64,000 nucleotides of DNA from Clostridia bacterium (GCA_045589715.1 JAZNPN010000041.1:9536-73535), one strand, 5' to 3'; shown: positions 27,332 through 37,033, counted from the first letter of the stretch. The notes: generated by a model not told the origin, from the letters alone. A program made the numbers and translations.

Positions 27332-28825
27332 ATGAAATATATCAGTACGAGAAATAAAAAGCTTAAGTTTGAATCTGCTGAAGCAATTAAAAAGGGTCTT
27401 TCTGTAGAAGGCGGACTTTTTGTGCCTGAAGAAATCCCTGCGCTTTCAGAGACTGAAATTAAGGATTTGGTGGGGAAAACTTATATTCAAAGGGCAAATG
27501 CAATCCTTAAAAAGTTTTTGACAGACTTTACAGGAACAGAAATTTCTGCCTGCACAAGAGGTGCTTACGGAACAGGCTTTTCTTCAAAGAAGGTTGCCCC
27601 CGTGGTAAAACTTAAGGACAACAAATATATACTTGAGTTGTGGCATGGTCCAACTTGTGCTTTTAAGGATATGGCGCTTCAGATACTTCCAAGGTTTATG
27701 ACAACTGCAATGAAGAAAACAGGGGAGGATAAGAAGATTGTCATTCTCGTTGCTACATCAGGCGACACGGGCAAAGCGGCACTTGAGGGCTTTAAAAATG
27801 TTAAGGGCACAGAAATCATCGTATTCTATCCTGCAGAGGGCGTAAGTGATATTCAAAAACTTCAGATGATGACGCAGGAAGGTAAAAATGTTTATGTATC
27901 CGGCATTGAGGGTAACTTTGACGATGCACAAAGCGGTGTAAAGACTATATTTACAGATGATAAATATGGCAAGAAACTTAATAAATCGGGTTATGCCTTA
28001 TCCTCTGCAAACTCAATCAATTGGGGAAGATTGGTTCCGCAGATTGTGTATTATATTTCTGCATACTGCGATATGCTTGAAAGTAACGAGATTGAAATGG
28101 GCGAAAAAATAAATGTATGTGTGCCAACAGGCAACTTCGGCAATATCTTGGCTGCATATTATGCGAGAAAAATGGGACTTCCGATTAATAAGCTGATTTG
28201 TGCATCAAATCAGAATAATGTTTTGACCGACTTTATTAAGACGGGCGAATATGACAAAAACAGACCATTTTATCAGAGTGTATCACCATCTATGGATATC
28301 CTTATTTCAAGCAACCTTGAAAGATTGCTGTTTGATATCTGTGATTGTGACGATAAAAAAGTATCTGATATGATGAAAAAGCTAAATACAGATGGTGTAT
28401 ATAAACTTGACAAAAAACTTCACGATAAAATCACCGATATCTTCTGGGGCGGTTGTTGTGATGATTACTTCACAAAAACACAAATCTGGAAAACATTCAC
28501 CGAGACGGGTTATACACTTGACACCCATACTGCAGTTGCAGTTGATGTGTATGAGCAGTATGTAAAAGAGACCGGCGATACCACAAAAACTGTGATTGCG
28601 TCTACCGCGAGTCCGTTCAAGTTTAACGAAGCTGTTTTATCTGCTTTAGGTGAAGAAACCAATGGTCTTTCTGACTTTGAAATGATTGAAAAGCTCGAAC
28701 AAAAGAGCGGTTTTGAAACACCAAAATCTTTGGCAGAGCTTAAGGATAAGGCGAAGATATATGATGGCGTAATTGACAAAAATGATATGCAGAATCTGGT
28801 AAGCGATGTTCTTAAAGTGAAATAA
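27332..28825 (+). CDS. thrC: Threonine synthase (long form)
   Basis: 497 aa with the PLP-lysine motif PTCAFKDMALQ and ATSGDTGKAA. Confidence 0.92.
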   Translation: MKYISTRNKKLKFESAEAIKKGLSVEGGLFVPEEIPALSETEIKDLVGKTYIQRANAILKKFLTDFTGTEISACTRGAYGTGFSSKKVAPVVKLKDNKYILELWHGPTCAFKDMALQILPRFMTTAMKKTGEDKKIVILVATSGDTGKAALEGFKNVKGTEIIVFYPAEGVSDIQKLQMMTQEGKNVYVSGIEGNFDDAQSGVKTIFTDDKYGKKLNKSGYALSSANSINWGRLVPQIVYYISAYCDMLESNEIEMGEKINVCVPTGNFGNILAAYYARKMGLPINKLICASNQNNVLTDFIKTGEYDKNRPFYQSVSPSMDILISSNLERLLFDICDCDDKKVSDMMKKLNTDGVYKLDKKLHDKITDIFWGGCCDDYFTKTQIWKTFTETGYTLDTHTAVAVDVYEQYVKETGDTTKTVIASTASPFKFNEAVLSALGEETNGLSDFEMIEKLEQKSGFETPKSLAELKDKAKIYDGVIDKNDMQNLVSDVLKVK

Positions 28826-28827
28826 AT

Positions 28828-28854
28828 AAAGCCCCTTATAGGGGCTTTATTTTA
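28828..28854 (+). terminator. Intrinsic terminator after thrC
   Basis: AAAGCCCCT-TAT-AGGGGCTTT followed by ATTTT. Confidence 0.8.
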
Positions 28855-28880
28855 TCTATAAATTGTTTACAATTTAGTGG

Positions 28881-28909
28881 TTGAAAATTCTATACACCTG
28901 TGATATAAT
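28881..28909 (+). promoter_or_regulatory. Near-consensus sigma-A promoter (-35 TTGAAA, 17 nt, extended -10 TGaTATAAT) for DUF1385-prmC
   Basis: TTGAAA at 28881-28886, TG at 28901-28902 and TATAAT at 28904-28909. Confidence 0.6.
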
Positions 28910-28945
28910 TATAAATTGCAGAAAAATGAAAGGATGGGCTTGATT

Positions 28946-29968
28946 ATGGCAGAAAATAATGAAAAATGTGTTGCTGCGCGCAAGACCTCTATCGGAGGTC
29001 AGGCGGTTATGGAAGGCGTAATGATGCGTGGTCCTCGTAAAATTGCTACAGCGGTCAGAAAGCCCGACGGAGATATAATAATAGATGAAAAACCTTTGGG
29101 CAAGGTAAGAACGGGCAGGTTTGTAAAACTACCAATTATAAGAGGATGCGTTAATTTTGTAGATTCTATGATTATAGGTGTAAAGGCATTGATGTTTTCC
29201 GCTCAATTCTTCGATGTAGATGATGACGGCGAGCCCGTAAAGCAGGAACCGTCAAAGTTTGAAAAATGGCTGGAAGAAAAACTTGATTCGGAAAAGGCAA
29301 CAAATGTGGTAATATATATCGCGGTATGCTTGTCGCTCTTGCTAAGCGTTGGATTGTTTATACTATTGCCGGCATTTTTGACAGGCTTTTTAAAGGGTTT
29401 TATAAACTCAGGTGCAGCACTTACCCTTATTGAAGGTGTAGTTCGAATAATGATATTTATTGCATATTTGGCGCTTGTAGCGAGAACATCTGAGATAAAG
29501 CGTGTGTTTATGTACCACGGGGCAGAGCATAAGTCAATATTCTGCTATGAGGCAGGACTTGATTTAACCATTGAAAATGTAAGATGTCAGTCAAGACTAC
29601 ACCCCCGATGCGGAACCAGCTTTTTACTTATCGTTATGGTAATAAGTATACTCGTGTATTCAATCATTCCCTGGGACGAAGCGCTTTTTGCCTCAATTCC
29701 GGTTGTAGGACCTTATCTTGTAGCGGTTCCCTGGGTTATCACAAGACTTGTTTTAAGGTTATTGCTATTACCGATTGTGGCGGGAATATCATATGAGATT
29801 ATTAAGTTTGCCGGAAGACACGATAACGCATTTACAAGAGCAATAAGCAAACCCGGAATGTTGTTTCAGCTAATTACTACAAACGAGCCGGACGATAGCC
29901 AGATTGAGGTTGCCATTGCCGCACTCAAGGCGGTAATTCCCGAAAATAAAGAAGAAGATAAGTGGTAA
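28946..29968 (+). CDS. DUF1385-family membrane protein (usual partner of prmC)
   Basis: SIGGQAVMEGVMMRGP N-terminal block, an HGAEHK motif and several TM helices. Track TTG 28916 coincides with the predicted transcription start, so ATG 28946 (or 28934) is the more likely start. Confidence 0.8.
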   Translation: MAENNEKCVAARKTSIGGQAVMEGVMMRGPRKIATAVRKPDGDIIIDEKPLGKVRTGRFVKLPIIRGCVNFVDSMIIGVKALMFSAQFFDVDDDGEPVKQEPSKFEKWLEEKLDSEKATNVVIYIAVCLSLLLSVGLFILLPAFLTGFLKGFINSGAALTLIEGVVRIMIFIAYLALVARTSEIKRVFMYHGAEHKSIFCYEAGLDLTIENVRCQSRLHPRCGTSFLLIVMVISILVYSIIPWDEALFASIPVVGPYLVAVPWVITRLVLRLLLLPIVAGISYEIIKFAGRHDNAFTRAISKPGMLFQLITTNEPDDSQIEVAIAALKAVIPENKEEDKW

Positions 29969-29969
29969 T

Positions 29970-30773
29970 ATGAAGATAAAAGAGCTCCGATCAAAATTTA
30001 AGGGTATACCTGATACGGATTTAATTATAATAAATGAGCTTGGGCTTTCCAAAACACAGCTTATTTTGGGCGACCTTGATGTAAATGAGGAGAAAATTCA
30101 TAAAATTATGCAAAAGGTAAGCCGTCTTAAAGATGGAGAGCCTGTGCAATATATTTTGGGGAAAGCCGAATTTATGTCACTTGAGTTTGAGGTAAATCCG
30201 TCGGTGTTGATACCGAGAGCTGATACTGAATTGCTGGTTGAGACAGTTATAGAAAGAACCCCTGATAATTCTGAAATTATGGACATTGGATGCGGGAGCG
30301 GCTGCATCGGCATAAGTCTTGCGCATTATATGAATAATGTAGCTGTAACCTTGGTTGATATATCTAAAGATGCTTTGAAAACTGCAAAAAGAAACGCTGA
30401 AAAAAACGGAGTTTTAAGTAAAGTAAGTTTCGTAAAGCATGATATATTAAAGAAAATGCCGGATACTTTAGTTGATTGTGTTGTATCAAACCCGCCTTAT
30501 ATAAGAGATGAGGTTATAAAAACACTTGATAAAAAAGTCAGGGATTTTGAACCCTACACCGCGCTTTCAGGTGGCGAAGACGGGCTTATATTTTATCGCA
30601 GGATTGCACAAGCTGCCCCCCTCAAAAGCGGAGGGCTTCTGGCATTTGAAATTGGCTTTGATCAAGGTGATGCCGTTTCTTTGATACTCGAAGAAAACGG
30701 ATATAAAAACATAGAGATTTTAAAGGATATAGAGGGGCGTGACCGCACAGTTTTAGGTTATAAGATGCCTTGA
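29970..30773 (+). CDS. prmC: Peptide chain release factor N5-glutamine methyltransferase
   Basis: SAM motif DIGCGSGCIG and catalytic VSNPPYI. Confidence 0.92.
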   Translation: MKIKELRSKFKGIPDTDLIIINELGLSKTQLILGDLDVNEEKIHKIMQKVSRLKDGEPVQYILGKAEFMSLEFEVNPSVLIPRADTELLVETVIERTPDNSEIMDIGCGSGCIGISLAHYMNNVAVTLVDISKDALKTAKRNAEKNGVLSKVSFVKHDILKKMPDTLVDCVVSNPPYIRDEVIKTLDKKVRDFEPYTALSGGEDGLIFYRRIAQAAPLKSGGLLAFEIGFDQGDAVSLILEENGYKNIEILKDIEGRDRTVLGYKMP

Positions 30774-31009
30774 AATATGTAGGTCATTATGATTCCCGGA
30801 ATACCTAAAACTCCGCTTGTCATAGCTGTAAGTGGATTTAAGGCAAAGTTTGTCGGCAGAAATATATTTAAGACAAACATAAACAAAGAGCCTAAGGCGC
30901 AATTTAAAAACAGGCGAAAAACCCATTTTATTGGCTTTAAAAAAAGCCAGCAAAGTACATAAAGTATAAAGAATACGATTAAATATGCAAAAATATGCGC
31001 AGGAAACAT
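30758..31009 (-). CDS. bofA: Pro-sigma-K processing inhibitor BofA
   Basis: 83 aa with two or three TM helices. The C-terminal LTAMTSGVLGIPGIIMTY matches the BofA signature (Bacillus ...ISGILGIPGIAALV). RBS is AAAGGTGGGA. Confidence 0.85.
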   Translation of the reverse strand: MFPAHIFAYLIVFFILYVLCWLFLKPIKWVFRLFLNCALGSLFMFVLNIFLPTNFALNPLTAMTSGVLGIPGIIMTYIFQGIL

Positions 31010-31096
31010 ACTATCCCACCTTTTAAATTTATTTGTTTATTTATATTAAAAAGGTGGACAAAATATTCCATAACAAAGATGCAGGAGGAAATGACA

Positions 31097-32659
31097 ATGG
31101 AAAATTGGTTCAACAGAAGAAAGAATAATGACGAGATGGTGGAAGATTTCGTTTTATTCGATGAAAACCAGGAGAATCTGGAGGATACTGACAGCATAGA
31201 TGTTGAAAAAATAGCTGCAGAACTTGATAAAAAATCCAAGTTTAAAAAGAAGAAACTTGTTCTGTCAGTGATTGCAGGTGTTTTAATTGTGGCGGTTTTA
31301 GCTGCATCTGTTTTTGGAGTAATCGCGCTCGCTGACCCAATGAGAGGATATACTCAGATTGCTGCAGCAAAGGGAAATATTGAATATATGATGGATGTCA
31401 GCGGAGTTATAAGCGCAGAAAACAGATATGAGATCACCTCTTTAGTTTCGGGCAAGATAATTGAGTCGGACTATGAAGTGGGCGACTATGTAAATGCGGG
31501 CGATGTTATTTATCGTCTTGACGATACAGAGGCAAAGCTTTCGGTAGAGAGAGCAAAGAATGAGGTAGACAGAGCGTCAAGCGGTTCTGTAAGTTCTTCT
31601 TCAAGAATTTGCTCTACTGCAGAGGGAACTATAAAAAGTCTTGGAATGTATGCGGGTGCTAATGTAAGTCCCGGCAGTGTAGTTGCGGTGATATCTAAAG
31701 AGGATGGAAGTTCAGAAGCAGTTATGACTTACGCATCAGGCAGAATATCTATGGTAAATGTTCGTGTAGGTCAGAGCGTTTCTGTCGGTCAGGTTATGGC
31801 ATCGGTAGATACTGCAAACGGCGGCGTTACTACATACGATGTAAAGGGAGGAGAGATAAATCTTCAGGCTGCCGAGAGGCATCTTGCAAATTATACTATT
31901 CAGGCTCCGGCATCGGGTATGATTGTAGAAAAGAATGCTAAAACCGGCGATAATATAGCAATGACGGACACAGATAAGCCGATGATGGTTATTGTTGATA
32001 CAAATAATCTGACATTTACATTTAGCGTTGATGAATATAAATTGCGTGAGATTAAAAAGGGTCAGGCAGTAATTGTAAAAACAGAATCCTTGCCTGATAA
32101 GACTTTTGAAGGCATGGTATCCGCTGTAGGAGTAGAGGGATATCCGAGTGATGATGGCAGAACAATGTTTGATGTAACTGTTACAATTACAGATGCAGAG
32201 GAGCTTCTGCCGGGAATGAAAGTAAATGCTCAGGTTGTATTGCAATCAGTTAAAAAGGTGATGATTGCTCCAAAAGCTGCGCTTATGAAATCTGATGGCA
32301 CTAATGCTTTGGTGATAGTAAGGTATGATGAGGATGAGACTATTCCTGAGAAAGTTCTGACAAAATCTCTTGAAAATGAGCTTGAATATCCTGACATAGA
32401 GGTTCCTGAAAACTGCGTTCTGGTAGCTGTTAAATATGGTGCAGCAGATAATGAAAATGTAGAAATTGTGTCGGGAATTAAACTTGGGGAGATAGTTATA
32501 TATAAGACTAAAGGCCCCAGAGACGAATTGGTTCCGTCTGAATATATAAGCAGTTATGATTATTATGACAATACCGAAGAGACGGATGAGAATAGCCTTG
32601 AGATAGAAGACTCTATCGAAAAAGAGATAGAGAAAATTATGCAAAACAACCAGGCTTAA
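31097..32659 (+). CDS. Membrane-anchored HlyD/periplasmic-adaptor-like protein (orphan)
   Basis: Acidic N-terminus, one TM helix (VLSVIAGVLIVAVLAASVFGVIALA), lipoyl-like half motifs (VSGKIIESDYEVGDYVNAGDVIYRLD; IQAPASGMIVEKNAKTGDNI) and a beta-barrel. ATG 31097 has GGAGG at 31084-31088. Confidence 0.8.
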   Translation: MENWFNRRKNNDEMVEDFVLFDENQENLEDTDSIDVEKIAAELDKKSKFKKKKLVLSVIAGVLIVAVLAASVFGVIALADPMRGYTQIAAAKGNIEYMMDVSGVISAENRYEITSLVSGKIIESDYEVGDYVNAGDVIYRLDDTEAKLSVERAKNEVDRASSGSVSSSSRICSTAEGTIKSLGMYAGANVSPGSVVAVISKEDGSSEAVMTYASGRISMVNVRVGQSVSVGQVMASVDTANGGVTTYDVKGGEINLQAAERHLANYTIQAPASGMIVEKNAKTGDNIAMTDTDKPMMVIVDTNNLTFTFSVDEYKLREIKKGQAVIVKTESLPDKTFEGMVSAVGVEGYPSDDGRTMFDVTVTITDAEELLPGMKVNAQVVLQSVKKVMIAPKAALMKSDGTNALVIVRYDEDETIPEKVLTKSLENELEYPDIEVPENCVLVAVKYGAADNENVEIVSGIKLGEIVIYKTKGPRDELVPSEYISSYDYYDNTEETDENSLEIEDSIEKEIEKIMQNNQA

Positions 32660-32677
32660 AACAAATTAAAATTTTTG

Positions 32678-32706
32678 TTGACAAAAGATTTAATTTATGA
32701 TAGAAT
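32678..32706 (+). promoter_or_regulatory. Sigma-A promoter for rplU-rpmA (-35 TTGACA, 17 nt, -10 TAGAAT)
   Basis: TTGACA at 32678-32683 and TAGAAT at 32701-32706. Confidence 0.6.
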
Positions 32707-32712
32707 ATATCG

Positions 32713-32790
32713 GTAACCGCGCAGAAAGGGTCTTGAAAAACAATTTGTTTACCCGAATGGCGAGTCTTGGGTAATAGGAGGGATTACGAT
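32713..32790 (+). promoter_or_regulatory. Approx. 78-nt rplU 5' leader, possibly an L21-leader-type autoregulatory structure
   Basis: The leader lies between the predicted TSS and ATG 32791. It contains a possible CGGUAAC / GUUUACCCG pairing and a GUCUUG direct repeat. Firmicute rplU operons are known to carry a conserved leader. Confidence 0.3.
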
Positions 32791-33099
32791 ATGTACGCAA
32801 TAATCGAAACAGGCGGCAAGCAGTATAAGGTTGAGCAGGGCGATGTAGTTTTCATCGAGAAGCTCAATGTTGAAGCTGGCGATGCTGTTACATTTGACAA
32901 GGTTTTAGTTGTTGGCGGAGATGACCTTAAGGTTGGTGCTCCTTATGTTGAGGGTGCTACAGTTTCTGCAAATGTTGTTAAAAACGGCAAGGACAAGAAA
33001 ATCATTGTTTATAAGTATAAGCCTAAGAAGGGCTATCACAAAAAGCAGGGTCACAGACAACCCTACACAAAGGTTGAAATTACCGCTATCAATGCGTAA
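32791..33099 (+). CDS. rplU: 50S ribosomal protein L21
   Basis: [14 protein letters not shown] start with AGGAGGG RBS. Track TTG 32767 is an upstream in-frame artefact. Confidence 0.96.
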   Translation: MYAIIETGGKQYKVEQGDVVFIEKLNVEAGDAVTFDKVLVVGGDDLKVGAPYVEGATVSANVVKNGKDKKIIVYKYKPKKGYHKKQGHRQPYTKVEITAINA

Positions 33100-33137
33100 G
33101 CATTGAGTTTTACTTGAATAAAAAGGAGTGAATATAA

Positions 33138-33398
33138 ATGGCTCATAAGAAAGGTATGGGTAGTACCAAAAACGGCAGAGATTCTGAGGCTAAACGCCTT
33201 GGCGTCAAGAAGGGCGATGGTCAGAGCGTTCTTGCCGGCAACATTATAGTTCGTCAGCGCGGCACTAAAATTCATCCCGGTATCAATGTTGGTAAGGGTA
33301 GCGATGATACTCTCTTTGCATTGATTGACGGCAGAGTTAAGTTTGAGCGTAAGGGTAAGACAAAGAAGCAGGTTTCTGTTTACGATATCGCTCAGTAA
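33138..33398 (+). CDS. rpmA: 50S ribosomal protein L27 (no N-terminal propeptide)
   Basis: [24 protein letters not shown] start with AAGGAG RBS. Confidence 0.96.
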   Translation: MAHKKGMGSTKNGRDSEAKRLGVKKGDGQSVLAGNIIVRQRGTKIHPGINVGKGSDDTLFALIDGRVKFERKGKTKKQVSVYDIAQ

Positions 33399-34730
<1,332 letters not shown>

Positions 34731-34783
34731 GAACCCGACCCGATAACGCAATCGTAGATTGCTGCCGGGTGTTGTATTCACAA

Positions 34784-34818
34784 TAAAAAAAGCAGATGCT
34801 TTAAGCATCTTCTTTTTT
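34784..34818. terminator. Bidirectional terminator between obg and the convergent NlpC/P60 gene
   Basis: A-run, then AGATGC-TTTAA-GCATCT, then a TCTTTTTT run. Confidence 0.6.
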
Positions 34819-34822
34819 AATC

Positions 34823-35545
34823 TTAGTAAATAATTCTTCTTGCTCCTGCAAAACGAGTGCTGTAGTATCCGGAGTCAATGCTTGTGTATTTAACTACATC
34901 GCCGGAATGTGGTGCGTGAATCATCATTCCATCACCCACATACATACCTACATGAGTTACATATCCGCCGATGCCGCCGCTTGAAAAACCAATTATATCG
35001 CCGGGGGCAAGATTTTCTCTTGAAACGGCGATGCCGTTGCTCATCTGAGCATCTGCAACACGATTGATATTGTAACCGAGCTGTTTGTAAACATACTGCA
35101 TAAGACCGCTGCAGTCAAACCCTGAAGGGCTTGTTCCGCCCCATACATAAGGTACGCCCAGAAATTGGGTAGCAATGTTAACTGCTGAAAGACCGGCTGA
35201 TGAGTTCATATCAGGCGCTTGGCCCTCGAAAACCTTTATGTATTCTGCTGAAACATAACCTATAAGACCTACATTGTTTTTGTCGTAAGAGATGCAAACC
35301 CATTCAGGTTCAATCCAATTTACTCTTACATATGTGTACTTCGGAAGCTCTGCAAGAATGATAGCTTCCTCTGAGGCGTACGCTCTTACATTAAGAGTGT
35401 CTGCGTCTATAATCCCGTAAAACTGACCGAAGTCAATTGGTTCATCCTCTGCCGCATATGACGGAATTGTCATAAATGTGAGCATTGCTGCACATACGCA
35501 GAGAAGAGCAATAATCCTTCTCATATTTTTACATAAAAAATTCAA
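34823..35545 (-). CDS. Secreted NlpC/P60-family peptidoglycan endopeptidase with SH3b-like domain
   Basis: Signal peptide, SH3b-like segment (LNVRAYASEEAIILAELPKYTYV), and a catalytic Cys in GFDCSGLMQYVY and His in THVGMYVG. TTG start has GGAGG 9 nt upstream. Confidence 0.88.
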   Translation of the reverse strand: MNFLCKNMRRIIALLCVCAAMLTFMTIPSYAAEDEPIDFGQFYGIIDADTLNVRAYASEEAIILAELPKYTYVRVNWIEPEWVCISYDKNNVGLIGYVSAEYIKVFEGQAPDMNSSAGLSAVNIATQFLGVPYVWGGTSPSGFDCSGLMQYVYKQLGYNINRVADAQMSNGIAVSRENLAPGDIIGFSSGGIGGYVTHVGMYVGDGMMIHAPHSGDVVKYTSIDSGYYSTRFAGARRIIY

Positions 35546-35654
35546 ATTAAAAAACCTCCAAGTTTAGTTGACTATGCTTTATTTTCCAAATTCACTTCCT
35601 TTCACAAGCTTTGATGGCACAAAAAATATTGATTTTTTTATGCCGTACGAAACA

Positions 35655-35683
35655 ATTATATAACATTTTTGAGGAAAAGTCAA
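35655..35683 (-). promoter_or_regulatory. Sigma-A promoter for the NlpC/P60 gene (-35 TTGACT, 17 nt, -10 TATAAT)
   Basis: On the minus strand, TTGACT (35683-35678) and TATAAT (35660-35655). Confidence 0.55.
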
Positions 35684-35700
35684 CCTTTTTACCCCAAAAC

Positions 35701-35732
35701 AAACGAAAAAACGCACTTTTTAAAGAGCGCGT
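35701..35732 (-). terminator. Intrinsic terminator after the kinase-like gene
   Basis: On the minus strand, ACGCGC..(loop)..GUGCGU is followed by UUUUUCGUUUGUUUU. It is preceded by a second 9-bp hairpin at 35740-35762. Confidence 0.6.
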
Positions 35733-35824
35733 CTTTGTTAAACCCTTGACACACAAGGGTTTGGATAAATATGAACAAATTGTTAACAAATTTAAAAAAG
35801 TGCAAAAAATCACTCTTTTTCAGG

Positions 35825-36643
35825 CTAATTTTCGGCTTCTAAACAGAGCTTTGCGGTGGCAAGACAACGAGTAATAAGTTCAATATCCGGAATAAAGATA
35901 ATCGTCTCTGAAACATACATCCTGTCAAGTCCTGTCTGTGGAATAGAAACTTCAAATTCCGTATGCTCACGGGATGGGACATATCTGATTTGACCTCTCA
36001 TATCTGTTGCGGCTTTCTGGGATACAGAGAGACCAAGTCCGCTCAGCATATATCCGCCGCCTGTTTTTGAAAGAGAGGATGGAAGTATGCCTTCCTCAAA
36101 AGCAGAAAATAGAGTTTTGCGTTTTGTAATAGGAATTCCGTTGCCATTGTCGATTACCGAAATAATCAGATTATCGCCCTGCATACGGAGCTTTATTGTA
36201 ATAATTTTTTCCTTAGATTTTGTATGTATAATGGAATTTGAAATTAAGTTATACAAAATCAGGCTTGTGCGCCTTGCGTCTAAAATGACAGTATTGCAAC
36301 CGTCGCCAAATGATGGATGTATATGTATTTTGTCAGAATGTATTGATTTTTCAATTTGTCTGACAATTGTTTCTATAAATTGCTTTGCATTGTATGAACA
36401 ATACTTTAGGGCAGAAATTGAATCATCTTCTCCGAAAAGTTCAGCTAAATTGTGCATCTGCGCCTGAGTGCCGTATATGTTCATAAGGGATTTGTGAGCG
36501 GCACGCAATTCTTCAGGAGTCAGATTTTTACTTTGTCTGAGCAGTTGCAGATGCGGAGTAATCTCGGTGGAAAGATTATCAAATGCCCATTGTGCATATC
36601 TTATAGGGGATATATTTGGTGTTTTATTTGGCTCGTTAAGCAT
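35825..36643 (-). CDS. Soluble GHKL/HATPase_c histidine-kinase-like protein, no TM or recognisable sensor domain, no adjacent response regulator
   Basis: N-box LYNLISNSIIHT, G1 VIDNGNGI and G2 SGLGLSV. A possible phospho-acceptor lies around LRAAHKSL. Confidence 0.7.
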   Translation of the reverse strand: MLNEPNKTPNISPIRYAQWAFDNLSTEITPHLQLLRQSKNLTPEELRAAHKSLMNIYGTQAQMHNLAELFGEDDSISALKYCSYNAKQFIETIVRQIEKSIHSDKIHIHPSFGDGCNTVILDARRTSLILYNLISNSIIHTKSKEKIITIKLRMQGDNLIISVIDNGNGIPITKRKTLFSAFEEGILPSSLSKTGGGYMLSGLGLSVSQKAATDMRGQIRYVPSREHTEFEVSIPQTGLDRMYVSETIIFIPDIELITRCLATAKLCLEAEN

Positions 36644-36661
36644 ATAATCTACCTCAAAGTA

Positions 36662-37033
36662 TTAGTCGGATACAGAAATCATCTGCGCTTGTAAGTTTTT
36701 GATTTGAGCTTGCTCATCTTTTGTAAGTTTGCGGGTTTTAAGGCTGTTGAGTATCATATTCGCGTCCTCAAAATCCCCTGAGAGAATAAGTTCCTGAGCG
36801 TCTCTGATATTGCGTGCAATTTCAGATCGTTCTGTATCGTAGCGCTCCTCCTCGGTGAGAGCTTCGTAATCTGTACCGATTTCATTGCCGTTTTCGAGCT
36901 TTTGAGGCTCGTCTTCAGAGGCAGTTGCAGGAGGAATGTCGCTTATGGGCGGAGGAGGGTTCTGATTTTTCCTGCAGGCAAAGAGAGTTAAAGAAATACC
37001 TATACATATAAATAAAGCAAATATCTTTTTCAT
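36662..37033 (-). CDS. Small lipoprotein of unknown function
   Basis: MKKIFALFICIGISLTLFAC forms a signal peptide plus lipobox, followed by a Pro-rich linker and an acidic helical region. It lies 18 nt upstream of the kinase-like gene. Confidence 0.7.
   Translation of the reverse strand: MKKIFALFICIGISLTLFACRKNQNPPPPISDIPPATASEDEPQKLENGNEIGTDYEALTEEERYDTERSEIARNIRDAQELILSGDFEDANMILNSLKTRKLTKDEQAQIKNLQAQMISVSD

Noticed and set aside
28916-28945. Track TTG start for the DUF1385 gene
   Set aside because: It falls at the predicted transcription start site of the TTGAAA-17-TATAAT promoter, so it cannot be translated with an SD. A downstream ATG (28946 or 28934) was used instead.
31736-32644. Two consecutive antisense ORFs (169 and 132 aa) inside the HlyD-like gene
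   Set aside because: Both are Cys/Ile/Phe/Asn-rich low-complexity translations with no RBS. The sense frame has clear adaptor-family motifs.
34733-34772. Nested hairpin (ACCCG..GCAATC-GTA-GATTGC..CGGGT) just after the obg stop
   Set aside because: It is probably part of the 3' UTR or terminator region upstream of the bidirectional terminator at 34784-34818. It has no independent signal such as a promoter, an ORF or conservation that I could judge.
35546-35654. c-di-AMP (ydaO) riboswitch upstream of the NlpC/P60 gene
   Set aside because: The leader is about 100 nt and very AU-rich. It lacks the GC-rich pseudo-two-fold core elements of ydaO. It is kept only as a generic leader hairpin observation.
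35592-35874. ORFs 35592..35813 (-) and 35611..35874 (+) between the NlpC/P60 gene and the kinase-like gene
   Set aside because: They have no RBS. They overlap a promoter, two hairpins and a terminator that account for the region.
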